64,000 nt of DNA from Octopus sinensis (lineage: Eukaryota): contig NC_042999.1 of assembly GCF_006345805.1 (NCBI RefSeq), positions 154,008,001-154,072,000 on the forward strand, given 5' to 3'. Made by a program: the position numbers and the translations under genes. The notes under the pieces were generated by a model that saw only the letters and a list, made by a program, of their open reading frames with translations, was not told the origin of the DNA and ran no database searches. Numbering within the stretch: position 1 is the stretch's first letter; the number at the start of each line of letters is the position of its first letter. This document shows positions 13,453 through 27,405 of the stretch, one piece after another.

Positions 13453-13825
13453 GGCGTAGGAGTGGTTGTGCGGTAAGTAGCTTGCTTACCAACCACATGG
13501 TTCCGGGTTCAGTCCCACTGCATGGCACCTTGGGCAAGTGTCTTCTACTATAGCCTTGGGTCGACCAAAGCCTTATGAGTGGATTTGGTAGATGGAAACT
13601 GAAAGAAGCCCGTCGTATATATGTATATATATGTTTGTCACCCACCAACATCGCTTGACAACCGATGCTGGTGTGTTTACGTCCCTGTAATTTAGAGGTT
13701 CGGCAAAAGGGACCAATAGAATAAGTACTAGGCTTACAAAGAATAAGTCTGGGATCGATTTGCTCAACTAAAGGCGGTGCTCCAGCATGACCACAGTCAA
13801 ATAACTGAAACAAGCAAAAGAGTAA
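13453..13825 (+). mobile_element. tRNA-headed SINE family B, near full length (others: 2195-2480 -, 26570-26825 -, 29836-29990 +, 34963-35130 +, 49795-50180 +, 59800-60215 +)
   Basis: Head ggcgtaggagtggttgtgcggtaag with A-box and B-box-like ggttcagtccc, an internal (TA) run, and a 3' end gactgaaacaagtaaaagagtaa. It recurs many times in both orientations. Confidence 0.85.
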
Positions 13826-16800
13826 GTAAGGTAATATTTCCTCATGGCCAGACATTTCTTCAGAGAAGGTTGAAAATGAAGGACACTGCTTGTTTGACAG
13901 TGACACTCATTTACAACTATCATGTGATATCAAGACACAAAGGAGACACACACATGCACGAACAACAAGCTTCTTTCAGTTACCATCTACCAAATCCACT
14001 CATAAGGTTTTGGTAAGCCTGGGGTTATAGCAGATGACACTTGGCCAAGAAGTCACAGAGTGGGACTGTGACTCCAAAGCCATAAGGAGTCAACAAAAAG
14101 TTCTTTGAGGCAGTGACTCAGGATGTCCCCAGTCTAATATGACAGAAAACAAGCCAAAGATAAAAGACGGACAGAAAGTAAATATACAAGACTTTCTGCA
14201 CATAATTTTAAACTAAATATGTCTATTCACTATAGCAGAATTTATTGAAAATATAGCAATTGATTTCTTTAGATGAAGCCTTCATTACCAACAGTGCAAC
14301 ACAAGCAAAGCCACCAAAGGAAGAACTAGAAAAATAAGGAGTTTTCTTTTTTTTTTATTATTATTATTTTAACAGCTATATTTTTATTTTACTTATTTAT
14401 TTTACTGTCTTCAGTTTCTTATTCAGATGCTTCTTCAGAAAAATTTTATATCATTTGCTGTTTCCAATAATCTTTCACACATGTTTTCAATCTGTTTCTA
14501 ATCAGGTTATGCCTGTCAGTGAAGAATCCAGTGTGTGAGAGAGAAAGAGTGGGTGTATGTGTATATATGCCATCATCATCATCATCATCATTTTACATTT
14601 ACTTTCCATGTTGGCATGGGTTAGATGAGTAATCGTGCACAGAGTTACTTTATATTCAGGGGTTACTGCCCTTGCCCTTGTAAATGAACCAAGAACTACT
14701 GCATTTACTTGTGTGTAAATCACACTTTCTTTTATACTTGATTTTTAACTGGGGTATGACATGCAGGGGACAATGCTGATGCCAAGTTTGAATATGAAGG
14801 AAAATTTTCAGTACCAAGATTTAACAATTACAGGTGCACAAGTCAATACAATACACCCTGCATAAGCATGCCATTTTTAATAGGGTGGCTAGATGCCCTT
14901 CTTATACACAAGCATAATCACAGACATTGCTGTGTGTGTTCTCGGGGAGATTCAGCGTGACACAGAATGTAACAAGGCTGGCTCATTGAATTACAGGTAC
15001 AATTCAACTTTGACAAGCCATGGGAAATCGAACTCAAAACCTTACTATTATGAGCTGAATCTCCCTAACCCATACACCTTCATTTGTTCCAACATTAAAA
15101 CCAAAAATATTCCAAGTTCACCATAATGAGACCATCGCCCACTCTTTCCTTTTACAACCAAATATTGAATACATTTAGGTAAATATTTGTGTACGTGCGT
15201 GTACATATTTGTTGTCTGCTTTGTTTGTCTTTTTCTCTTTCAGATCTAGTTTGTTTGGCGCATGTAGCTGCAATGAAGACTATAAAAGACCCCTATAACC
15301 ACATCTCCGTCTAGCAACTCACTCCCTCCTCTCCTTCTTTCAGTCCCCAATTACTGCTATTTTTACTCTGGATCTCGTTAGTTAGATAACTGCACCGTCA
15401 TGTCAATCCTAAACAAGATGCTTTCCTTAATTAGTTGCTTTGATTTCAGCACTGCAGTCTTATTAACGAAGATGACAACAACCAGTCTACCTCTTACTAA
15501 CATCAAAACAAAGAAAAAAAGAATTAAGCAACATTGAGAAATGTGTTGATATACACCTATCATCATCATCATTTAATGTGTGAAGGTACATGGCTCAGTG
15601 GTTCAGGTATTCAGCTTACAACAGTAAGGTTGTGATTTCAATACCTGGCAGCACATTGTTTCCTTGAGCAAGTCACTTTATTTCACATTGCCTCAGTCTA
15701 CTAGGCTGACAAAAATGAGTAGTACCTATTTTTTAAAGAGCCAGCCTTGTCACTCAGTGTTGAGCTGAATCTCCCTGAGAACTACGTCAACGGTACATGT
15801 GTCTGTAGAGTGCTCAGCCACTTGCAAGTTAATTTCATGAGTAGGCTGTTTCATTGAATGGATATACTAGAACTCTTTGTGTTGTAATCAGCGGAGTGCC
15901 AGTTTATCATTTAATGCCCAGCTTCTATGCTGACATGGGTCAGACAGTTCAACAGGATGCAAGAAACCAGAGAACTGCATCAAGTTCCAATGTCTGCCTT
16001 GCTTCTACAGTTAGAAGCCCTTCCGAATGCCAACCACTTTAGAGTGTGTACTGGGTGATTTTTTATTTTTTATTTTTTTTTTGCCGTGGTACCAACACTT
16101 GTGAGGTCACTAAGTAACCCACAAAACAAAGAAAAAGACCTTTCAACAAGGGGGGAATCGAAGTAGAGAGGGAGGTGGCATTATGCAAGGTGTTGAGAAG
16201 TTAAACTATGATGGAGGGACAGGCACAGGGTTAACCCACATTATATAAAGGTGGGTAGGAGTATCATCATCATCATTTCACAGCCATCTTCCCTGGTGTC
16301 ATGGGTTTGACAGTTTGACAAAATCCAAGGAGGTAAAGGACTGCATCAAGCTCCAATGTTTGCTTTGACAGTTTCTGTGGTTGGACACCCTTCCTAATGC
16401 CAACCACTTTACATATTGTACTTATTCTGTTGCACCAGCACTAGTGAGATTGCCAAGTAACTTACAACTCAAAGGAAAAGACCTCTTGACAAGGTGGAGT
16501 TGTACCAGAGAGGGAAGGTGGCATTATGCAAGATTCTAAGAGGATAAAATATGATAGAGGAGCAAGCACAGGTATCCCATTACAGATATAGCATGGCTAC
16601 CCCATACTATAGAAAGGTAACTAATATGTGTGTGTGTATTTATACACACACACCTCATATGCACTGTTAGCCAGAAAACATGCATAAATTGCTCAGGTTT
16701 ATCTGGGCACATGAGGGTGTACAGAGAAAGCAATCAGAATGATCTGGAACAACCAAGAAGTCAAACAAATTTGTATGACTGTCGTATCGACAACAAGTTC

Positions 16801-17698
16801 CGTATGTCACTGGGAGGACTCAAGAACTGTTGTTGTTGTTCTTTCTCACAATGTGTAATGTTGGGATGATTTTACTTAGTCAGCCATGATCATACTCATT
16901 TAACGAGCCAACAGCCATCGTATGTATGTATGTATGTATGTATCATCATCGTTTAATGTCTGTTTTCCATGCTGGCATGGGTTGGATGGTTTGACTGGCG
17001 ACTGGCAAGCCAGAAGGTTGCACTAGGCTCCATACATACGTATGTATGCATGCTTGTATGTACATATGCATTCTTTTATTCTTTCATGTGTTTTAGCCAG
17101 AGGCTGTGGTCATGTTGGGGCACTACCAGCTTTATCACTTTTTCAACAGCCATTGATTGGTGACTGGCTTTTGGTGAAGGACTGCATGTGTGTATGCGTA
17201 TATATGTGATGCGTATGTACCTATGTACAGGATTTACGTAATGTATGTAAAATCATATACAAATATATTTAAAAAACAAACCACGATTCAAGTAACAGCC
17301 TTTGGCGAGAAACATATTTATCTACAAGTTCTTTAAATCCCAACCTTGTTATAAGATACAGAAAAGAGACTAACCGATGCTCCTAAGTGATCTTTTGTTG
17401 AAAAATATTGGATAAATGCGATCCAACAAAGCATTACAAGACAGAATCAAAGGCAAACAACAGGTCTTTATGTTTGGTAAACAACGGCCTGTTTGTTAGA
17501 AGACATTGGTGTGTGCGTGTGTGTGTGAGGGGCTCACAGAAACAGAATTATGTTTGTCAATAAAAATAGAGATTGCATTCTTAGAAGATAATGTTGCAAG
17601 ATGAGAATGAGAATACGTATGGATTAGACGGAGAAACAAGACACCTTTGTGAATTAAGCTCTATGGCAAATAGTGGCTACTTCACAAATATTCAGAAT

Positions 17699-17699
17699 C

Positions 17700-17735
<36 letters not shown>

Positions 17736-18270
17736 ATATACACATACATACACATATATAAGTATATATACATATACATACATATATATAAGTATATATA
17801 CATATACATACATATATATAAGTATATATACATATACATACATATATATAAGTATATATACATACATATATAAGTATATATACATATACATACATATATA
17901 TAAGTATATATACATACATATATAAGTATATATACATATACATACATATATATAAGTACATATATATATATATAGATATATATACATACATATACAAACA
18001 TATATATACATATAAATACATATACAAACATATATATAAATACATATATAAACATATATATATATACATATATAAACATATATATATATATATAGATATA
18101 TATACATACACATACATATTAATATAGAAACAAATACATACAGGCACATATATACAAACATACAAGCACACACACACACACACATATATACAAACATACA
18201 AGCACACACACACACACACACATATATACAAACATACAAGCACACACACATATATATATATATATATATA
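17699..18270. repeat. Compound TA/CA microsatellite with 30-bp periodicity
   Basis: Repeated catatatataagtatatatacatatacata. It accounts for the Y/I/V/M/C ORFs at 17654-18251. Confidence 0.95.
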
Positions 18271-19829
18271 ATTCCAAAGTTAATTGTTATTCAATAGTTT
18301 ATGAGATTATGTTGTGTACTATATCAAAGTGTAACTAGAAATCTTGTTTTAATAAGATGTAATTATTCAGTCAGGCCATTCCTACATTGAAACACTAACC
18401 AGTCTTTTCTCTCTTAAGTGTTTTATTTCTTATCTTCGTTTTTTTTTTTTTTCTTGGACTTCTATATCAAATGGTAAATTTTATATTTTTGATTTCAGCC
18501 TTGATGAATGTGGACAACTACGTAAAAATAATTGGATATGCTGATATACGCTACAATTGGCTAGGACAAAAATAACTTACAAACTGTAGAAAGCCATCAA
18601 GGAACCAAAACTTACCTAGAAACAGAAAAAAACAAAAAAACATTACAACATATAGAAAATTATTAACAACAAAAAGAGGAAGAATTTTTTTTTTTCCAAA
18701 ATTCAAGAAAACATGAGAAAAGGTAAGCAGCAAGTTTCTTAGTCATTAAGTCTTATGATACCAAATTGTCTGAGACAAGTAGTGGGTCCAGAATAGAAGC
18801 TGACAAATGTTTCACCCTTTACCATTCAGATTATCTTGTCAAATGTAATGCTTATTCATTCACATTGTTTTCAATTAATCATTTGTTATCTTGTAGTTTT
18901 GAGATTTTGATGAAGTAATGACATTGTAGGGTGAATGTGAAAGGTTGGATGTAGTCAGTTTAAACACAAGACGGGTAAATCAATTGGGCCTGATATGAAT
19001 GGTTTAAATGCTAAAACATTAATGTAAGCCAAGTAAAAAAAAGTTCTGTGAAAATTGTGTTAATTTGTTCAATAAATACAACATTAATAATGACCAAATT
19101 ACAAAGAATTTGACTAAATTCTTTGTAATTTTCAAAATTAATTGAAATAAATACAAAATATTTTGACAGAAATATAGTTAAGATACCCGTGCCAATGACA
19201 CGTTAAAACCACCCTTCTGAACGTGGCAGATGCCAGTGCTGCCTGACTGGCGTACGTGTTGGTGACACGTAAAAGCACCAACCGATCGTGGCTGTTTGCC
19301 AGCCTCCTCTGGACCCTGGGCTGGTGGCATGTAAAAAGTACCCACTATACTCACGGAGTGGTTGGCATTAGGAAGGGCATCCAGCTGTAGAAACTCTGCC
19401 AGATCAGACTGGTGCCTGGTGCAGCCTCTTGGCTTCCCAGACCCCAGTCGAACCATCCAACCCATGCTAGCATGGAAAATGGACGTTTGATGATGATGAT
19501 GATGATGATATGTAAGAAAAAGATCAAAGTGATCAATCTAAGTTAAAATCTTAGATTATGTTTTCATGTTAATGTGTTCCAAACATTAGCTTAACGATGG
19601 TCAAGTTATTTTGCCAAATACTTCATTATTTTCCAAATAAAATCAAAAAAAGTTAATCAGATATGAGGTAACAAAAGGATTAAAGAGATCTATATTAAAG
19701 TATTGTAACAAAATTTCATGCTAATTTGTTTCAAATACCAGCTTAACAACAAAGACTACTGTAGACCCAAAGCGGCAATGCCTTGCAAGTGAATTTAGTA
19801 GACAAAAATGTGCAGAAGCATGTTGTGTA

Positions 19830-19897
<68 letters not shown>

Positions 19898-22406
19898 ATA
19901 TATATGCAATCTATGTGAGTGTCTTTTCAAAACATTGTCTGGTTTAAAAAGTCACATCAGATGCCATGATGGTTCTAAGGTGTAGGTACAGGAGGAGGTG
20001 GTCAAACTCTGCATAAAGAATAGACAACCCACATAAATGTGTGTGTGTGCTCACGCGTGCCTTCACCAAACAGACAGCTGATCTGATGCAAGCACTACTT
20101 TCATTGGCTTCCGTGCCGGTTGCAGGTAAAATAGCACCCACTACACTCTTGGAGTGGTTGGCATTAGGAAGGGCAACCAGCTGTAGAAACATGGCCAGAT
20201 CAGTCAAACCGTCCAACCCATGCCAGTATGGAAAACAGATGTTAAACAATGATATATATATATATATATGTATGTATGTATACATATATACACATGTATG
20301 TATATATATACATACACATGTATATATGCATATATGTGTGCGTGTGTGTGTATATATATATATATAGAGAGAGATACATACACATGTATGTATGTATGCA
20401 TGCATGCACATATATATAAATTAACAGAATGAGATAGGAGTTTCTATTAAAACTTCAAATGGCTGTTGGGGTAGCTCCAAGTAAAATAAAAGTTAAAAGG
20501 GCCCATATGTAGGAAATGGTCGAGAAACACTGAAGTGGTGTCCCAGAATGGCCACAGTCCAATGAAAGAAACAAGTAAAAGATTAAAACCAATAGCTTAG
20601 TAAGAACCACAGTAGTATTATAAACCACATTTAGTTAAAGAATCTGAAAGAAATATTTCATACAACAGCAAAAGAAAGTTTAATTCAATTTGTGCAATAT
20701 TAAAAACACTGCAGTGACGTCAATAGAGTGAATTCTAAGAATCGGCTGACTTCTTTAAGAGAAGAAAGCAAAGGAAAGTATGTGTATATCATAGCAGAGA
20801 TAAAGAGAATAATTATATAATTATTTGAATCTGAAGAATATGTCTCAGGTGAATTCGTAAGAAATGCAACAGGTTTTCTTTCCTCTTCTCACTCTTGAAA
20901 TATTAAAGCACTTAAAAGATTCAAAAGATTCTTTGACTAGAGAAACGACTGCATATTTAGACATAATCCGCAGACAAAAACTTGATGTTTAGAGATTAAG
21001 AATATTCTGGATTATTTATAGTGAAATAGAATGAAAGATTAACAATGGTTTCAAATTCTGATACCAAGTGAAGAATTAGAGGAGAATAAGTTGATCACAT
21101 CGATCCTGGAGGGAAGAAAGACAAAGGTGATCCTGATGGAATTTGAACTCAGAATGGAATGAGTTGGAAGAAATGCTATTAGGCATGTTGTCTGACACTA
21201 AAGATTCTGCCTCTAAAGGCAAGGAGCTGGCAGAAATGTAGCACGCTGGGCGAAATGCTTAATGGTATTTCGTTTGCCGCTACGTTCTGAGTTCAAATTC
21301 CGCCGAGGTAAACTTTGCCTTTCATCCTTTCGGGGTCGATAAATTAAATACCAGTTACACACTGGGGTCGAACTAATCAACTTAATCCCTTTGTCTGTCC
21401 TTGTTTGTCCCCTCTATGTTTAGCCCCTTGTGGGCAATAAAGAAATAAGATTCTGCCAGTTTGCTGCCTTGAATCAAAAGTTAACAATTGGTTTCAAATT
21501 TTGGTGCAAGGTCAGTAATTTTAAGGGTGGTGGTAAGTCAAATACACCCACCCTGGTGTACAACTGGTATTTGCTTTCTCAATCCAAACGATGACAGGCA
21601 AAGCTGACCTCGGCGGAATTTGAATTCAGAATGTGAAGCTAGAAGAGCTGCTAAGTATCTTGCTCAGTATGCTAACAATTCTGCTGGCACGCTGCCTTAA
21701 TCAAAGATTAATGATAATGAGCAATTGATGATTAATGCAATCAAATTCCACTGCCTCCAGGAAAAAAATCTTTTTCCCCTCGAGAAATTCAATCTTGTTA
21801 TTTGATCAGGGCTGATCTGGGGTTAAAGAACACCTGACCCCTACTATTTGTGAAAAGTCAAGTCACCCTATTGCCTCCTTCTCTTCTTCCTTACCATACA
21901 CTCCACACCAAACAGTGACTGCTCCCTTACCTCATCCCCTACTTCTTCTTATCACCCCACTCCTTGCCTAGAATCATCACCTACTCTCCTTTTATCCCCC
22001 ATTTATAGGAGGTGCTTTAGACCCTTAGATGACCGTTAGGAGCTGCTTTAGACCCTGAATTTTACTAGTGCTAGCAACCCCCCCCCCTCCCAGTATACTC
22101 AGTGAAATGGTTGGCATTAGAAAGGGCATCCAGCTGTAGAAACCATATCAGAGCAGACATTAGTCCATGACAATCTTAGTCAGAACCTGTCAAGTTACAC
22201 AATCCATGTCAGCGTGGAAACCAGATGTGAAATGATGATGATGGAGGTGGTGGTGTTGATGATGATACAGAAAAACCTATCGTTATGAGCAAGAATTTAC
22301 TGCAGTAATTAAAAGACCATGTTAGAGGTTAATTAAAAGACCGTGTTATAGGTTAATTAAAAGAATGTTTGTCAGCTTGCTGTAAATGGTGACTGCTAGC
22401 TTTTAA

Positions 22407-22627
22407 CCCTTTCGTTACCAACCCGGCCAAAACCGGCTCTGGCTCTGTACTACAAATGTCTTGTTTTCATGAGTTTTGAATTAAAATCTTCCACCAAACC
22501 TTAATCACAATTTATGTTCCTAACACTAGCTTAACGATAACCAAGTTATTTTACTGAATTCTTTGTTATATTTTAAATAATTGAAAGAAACACAGAGCAT
22601 CTCAAAATAAATACAGTAGCAAAAGGG
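22407..22627 (+). mobile_element. piggyBac-type MITE, 221 bp, TTAA target duplication
   Basis: TTAA|CCCTTTCGTTAC...GTAGCAAAAGGG|TTAA, with TTAA at 22403-22406 and 22628-22631. Confidence 0.85.
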
Positions 22628-22805
22628 TTAAGACAACAGCAAAAATATTTCTATGGAAATCTACACTTAGTGATTCTATCAGTCCTGACAATTCTGTCAT
22701 CAACCAAAGTGTTGAGACAGACAGAAAGACAACAGGTTGGAGACAATAGATAACTCTCAGAGTAATCAAGTTTCAAAGTAATTTCGTGTCAAAGAGGGCA
22801 CTTAC

Positions 22806-22856
22806 TGCTCCAATAGTCTACATTGACTAAGTGCCTGGCAAGCAGTATTGCAGTAA
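22806..22856 (-). CDS. Candidate coding exon (51 nt, phase 2 to 2): YCNTACQALSQCRLLE
   Basis: Acceptor aattatttctctttaatcag, donor gtaagt, frame-preserving length. A second frame (TAILLARHLVNVDYWS) is also open. Confidence 0.5.
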
Positions 22857-23261
22857 CTGATTAAAGAGAAATAATTGGTTGAAGTAAAATTAAACAAACG
22901 AGAAGCAATTACCACCAATCTCTTTTAGGTATATCTTGATAAGAAAATTAAAAGCTCAATTGATTCCAATGGTTCAGATCTATGGCAGAAACAATTACTT
23001 GTTCACTGATTCTATTGATATTCTGGTTTAGAATCATCACCATCATCATTATCATCATGAAACATCCATTTTCTGTGCTGTCATGGGTTGGAAGGTTTGA
23101 CAGGAGTTGGTAAGGCCAGGAGCCCCATACCGGATTCCATTGTCTTGACTTGGTTTTTACAGCTAGATATCCTTCCTATCACCAACCACTTTAGAGAATG
23201 ATCTTGATGCTTTTGACATGACACCAGCATCAAAGCATTTTATGTGTCACCATCATGACAT

Positions 23262-23690
23262 TGGTGTCACCATCATGATGACATCACCATCACGACAGAA
23301 GTGCCACTATTATGATGGTGTCACCATCATGACCGCTGTGTCACTATCACGTCAGAAGTGCCACTATTATGACGGTGTCACCATCATGATCGCTGTGTCA
23401 CTATCACGACAGAAGTGCCACTATCACAACAGAAGTGCCACTATTATGACAGTGTCACCATCATGACCGCTGTGTCACTATCACGACAGAAGTGCCACTA
23501 TTATGACGGTGTCACCATCATGATCGCTGTATCACTATCACGACAGAAGTGCCACTATCACAACAGAAGTGCCACTATTATGACGGTGTTACCATCATGA
23601 CCGCTGTGTCACTATCACGACAGAAGTGTCACTATTATGACGGTGTCACCATCACAACTGCTGTGTCACTATCATGACAGTGTGACCAAT
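23262..23690. repeat. Minisatellite of 17-20-bp subunits forming 57-bp units and a 134-bp higher-order repeat
   Basis: Subunits gtcaccatcatgaccgctgt, gtcactatcacgacagaagt and gccactattatgacggt, plus an extra gccactatcacaacagaagt every second unit. Confidence 0.92.
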
Positions 23691-24286
23691 TACCCTGCAA
23701 GACACACACACTATTGCCATTCAAATTTAGAATCCAATGAATTTAATATCACCCTTTCAAATTAGAAGCAGTAAAACAACAAACTGAAAATAAATAATCT
23801 AACCACTCAGGAGTTAGGAAGGCAGCTAAAAATACTGAAATATCTGCATTGGATCATTGAAACTTCACAGCAGGATACTGCTTTTCTATTTAACTGTTTA
23901 ACATTCAGATTATTTTGTCAATTGTAATGCTTATTTATTCGCATTGTTTTGAATAAATCATACATTATTTTGTAACTTTGAGATTCTGATGATGTGATTG
24001 TTTATATTTAGAATGCCATTGTAGGGTAAGAAAGACAGCTGGCATGACAGGCATTGATTATTGTGGGGTCAACTAAAAAAACTCAGACTCTACTCACTCC
24101 AACACTGTATGATGTGGAAAATATTCTATCAATATTGCACAAATGGTGCTGGCATCAATTTTAAAATCCACCCAAGACTTGGCCCCGCCCCCTTTGCTAT
24201 CTGTCCACTACAAAAAATTGAACTCGGTACACATAGCAACATTACGTCAAATTTCAAAATTACTTTACCTCAACTGGTCCAGCACT

Positions 24287-24956
24287 CATCATCATCATCA
24301 TCGTTTAACGTCCGTTTTCCGCGCTAGCACGGGTTGGACGGTTCGACCGGGGTCTGGGAAGCCAGGGACTGCACCAAGCTCCAGTCTGATCTGGCAGTGT
24401 TTCTACAGCTGGATGCCCTTCCTAATACCAACAACACCGCGAGTATAGTGAGGGCTTTTTACGTGCCACCTGCACAGGTGCCAGGGGAGTCTGGCATCGG
24501 CCACGATCGGTTGGTGCTTTTAACGTGCCACTGGCACGGAAGCCAACCAAGGCGGCGCTGGCATCGGCCATGTTCGGATGGTGCTTTTTATGTGCCACCA
24601 GCACAGAAGCCAGTCGAGGCGGCGCTGGCATCGGCCACGTTCGGATGGTGCTTTTATGTGCCACCGGCACAGAAGCCAGTCGAGGCGGCGCTGGCAACGG
24701 CCACATTCGGATGGTGCTTTTTATGTTCCACCAGCACAGGTATCACAACTACTATTTCCATTGATATTTATTTCGAAGTTCATGTACTTGACTCAATAGG
24801 TCTCCTCAAGCACAGCGGGATGTTCCGGAATCCAAGATACTTTGAATGGGCAGGGGCTATGCGGAACTGGTGCAGGAAGCAGCCCGGGTCTTTGCAGTCA
24901 CAGCATATCTCCAGAGATCTCGGTCCTTCGCCATTGCCTCAGTGAGGCCCAACGCT
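24287..24956 (-). mobile_element. RTE 3' end: last codons (TLGLTEAMAKDRDLWRYAV), 3' UTR with about 62-bp tandem units, (GAT)n tail
   Basis: The minus-strand translation at 24880-24956 matches the C-terminus of the 30 kb element (TLGLTKEMTRDRDLWKYAV), and the UTR and tail are the same. Confidence 0.85.
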
Positions 24957-25205
24957 CTCTTTAATAATATACCAAAATACGTCAAAATGGAAATGGATCC
25001 TATAAAATTCAGATGTCCAATGGACAAATTTCAATGGACAAAATCCCAGACCAACCTCCTACACCCGGATATGTCTCCAACAATAATAACTCTTTGCTAG
25101 AGTAGGCAATGGTGCCCCATATATGACTAAAAGATTTCACCAGGTAGTGCTATTAAGTTAGACATGACCTGGGCCTATACTGGCCGAAACCTATCAAAGT
25201 TAGAT
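24955..25205 (+). mobile_element. 3' fragment of a CR1/Jockey-group LINE
   Basis: Translates as ALFNNIPKYVK...DKF, then after a frameshift IPDQPPTPGYVSNNNNSLLE*. This resembles the LFNxLP...LDKFL..IPDxP...GY C-terminus of these clades. Confidence 0.6.
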
Positions 25206-25961
25206 GCGAGAGGTAGGATCTAGCTGATTTGAACATAGAACGGGTATAATACATAGGCCCAGATATAGCCAATTGTAGGGCTAAGGGGTGAGAAACAAAA
25301 AATAAAAGTAGTGTGTGGAGATGTGTGAGTATGGGGGGCAGAGGCAAACACAGATATATATATATATAACTTGTCTTCATCATTGTTGTCCTGTCTTCCA
25401 TGATGGCATGGGCTGCATAGTTTGACAGGAGCTAGCAATGCTGGGAACCACACCAAACTCCAATTTTCTGTTCTCAAATGATACAGTTGGATGCCCTTCC
25501 TAATGCCGACCACTTTATGGACTGTACAGGGTGCTTTTTATGTAGTACCAGCACCACTGAAAACAACATTCCAAAGCACGAACAATGTTGAAATGGCACT
25601 CCAAACATTTTTCTCTTCTAGAAAACTTGACTTTTTCCCCCCGCATTATTTTTTGTTGTTTTTTTTTAGCCTGAAATCAGAAAACTGGTATTGAAGTGGG
25701 GAAACGTTATCCCTGATAATGTTATCCCTAATAATGGTGATTATATTTTGAGTAAATATATTTACGATGTTTCATGTTGGTCTGAACTCATAACACAAGA
25801 TGTGACATAGCTTTTTGGTGCTCCTAATACATTCACCGTTTTTTTTTTCTTTTTGTTTAGTTTGTACTTAGCTTTAACAGCTGTTTTGTTAACCCTCTTG
25901 ATACCAACCTGCCTGTAACTACCCACCCACTGGTTCTATGATTTCAGTTTTTTTCTGTTAA

Positions 25962-26183
25962 CCCTTTTGATACCAACCCGGCTGAAACCGCCTCTGGCTT
26001 TGCAGTACAAATGTCTTGTTTTCAAAAGTTCTGAATGAAAATCTTCCAACAAACCTTAGTCCCAATTTTTGTTCCTAACACTAGTTTAATGATAACTAAG
26101 TTATTTTACTAAATTCTTTGTTATATCTAAAATTAATTGAAAGAAACACAGAGCATTTCAAAAGAAATATGGTAACAAAAGGG
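25962..26183 (+). mobile_element. piggyBac-type MITE nested in a related older element that starts at 25893
   Basis: TTAA at 25958-25961 and 26184-26187. A second TTAA|CCCTCTTGATACCAAC end lies at 25889-25910, and related sequence resumes after 26187. Confidence 0.8.
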
Positions 26184-27371
26184 TTAAAGTGATCTGAAAG
26201 CCTTTCATCAAAAATTTGATGTTAATTTGTGTCAAACATCATATCTTTTTACTCATTTCAGTCATTTGACTGTAGCTACCATGGGGCAATGCTGTGAAGG
26301 ATTTTAGTCAAATTGATGCCAGTGCCAGGTTGATACCAGTCCTGCCTGACTGGATCCTGTGCCGGTGACACGTAAAAAGCACCCACTACACTTTCGGAGT
26401 GGTTGGTGTTAGGAAGGGCATCCAGCTGTAGAAACCTTGTCAGAAAAGATTGGAGCCTGGTACAGCTTTCTGGCTTGCTAGTCCTCAGTCAAACTATCCA
26501 ACCCATGCCAGCATGGAAAGTGGATGTTAAATGATGATGATGATGATGAATCAACACCAATAATTTTTCTAAAGCCTGGTACTTATTCTATCAGTCTCTT
26601 TTGCCAAATCACTACATTAGGAGGGACATAGACCCAGACACAATCACACACACACGAATATACATACATGATAAGCTTCTTCCAGTTTCTGTTTACAAAA
26701 TCCACTCACAAGGCTTTGGGCGACCCGAGGCTATAGTAGAAGACACTTGCCAAAAGTGCAATACAGTGAGACTGAACCTGGAACCATAAGGTTCTGAAGC
26801 AAACTTCTTACCACACAGCCAAGCCACATTTATCTCTCTACTACCATTTTACGCTCTTAGCTCAAATCCCACATCTCCCTTTTTATCTTTTCAGGGTTGA
26901 TAAAAGTACCATCAAGTACTGAGTCATTGCAATTTGCCCCCTCCTCTTAAAATTGCTGGCCTTGAGCCAAAATGACAAAGATTTATTATTATTATTAGAG
27001 ATAATCACCAATGTGTTCAGTATTATGGAATTTTCAAAGAATCAAGGATAATCAGATCTGCCGCCAGTCATATGATATAAGACAGCAGCGATGCCTTCTA
27101 CTCTCAACAGCAGTTAATGTTGAAAGCAATAGTTGCTAGGCAGGTCACCAGTCCAAACATATTAATCAATCAAGCAACATAATTATGGACACAAAGTCAT
27201 AACAAGATGATGAAGTCATTATAACAATATAACTCATTTAAACAATACAAAACAAACAAAAAAAAAAACTAAACTTCATTTTCTTTTTTTGTTAATATCT
27301 TTTACATTCACCCACCCCACCCCCCACAGCCGCCATATTTCACCCATCATCTTGATTTCATATTAATTTAC

Positions 27372-27405
27372 AATGACTTCAGGAGATCAATGAAGTAAGA
27401 GGAGA
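27372..27405 (-). CDS. Weak candidate exon (34 nt, phase 1 to 2): SSYFIDLLKS
   Basis: Strong acceptor cacttttttcccccccag, weaker donor gtaaat, single open frame. Confidence 0.25.

Noticed and set aside
13453-13530. SINE heads as tRNA genes
   Set aside because: A/B-box-like motifs are present, but there is no complete cloverleaf, and each continues into a repeat body.
14273-14337. Plus-strand terminal exon EAFITNSATQAKPPKEELEK*
   Set aside because: A single moderate acceptor with no supporting plus-strand exons; expected by chance.
17390-17560. Cluster of Sox/TCF/Fox-like motifs (AACAAAG, ATCAAAG, GTAAACAA)
   Set aside because: Short AT-rich motifs occur often by chance in this composition; not supportable without conservation or chromatin data.
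17654-18251. Long Y/I/C/V/M-rich ORFs (also 7355-7848, 19944-20411, 46715-47020, 48003-48300)
   Set aside because: Translations of TA/CA microsatellites.
18499-18521. Plus-strand 23-nt exon (and a 24-nt one at 50609-50632)
   Set aside because: Isolated, on the strand opposite the supported chain, with one weak splice site each.
24334-24945. 203-aa ORF and similar ORFs over RTE UTR copies (3347-3901, 30061-30447, 48872-49259, 55569-56073)
   Set aside because: They read through GC-rich tandem units of the RTE 3' UTR in arbitrary frames.
25160-25200. GGCC-tatact-GGCC-GAAAC as a hammerhead
   Set aside because: A stem II-like hairpin and GAAA are present, but there is no CUGANGA core or stem I. 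It is more likely the LINE 3' stem-loop.
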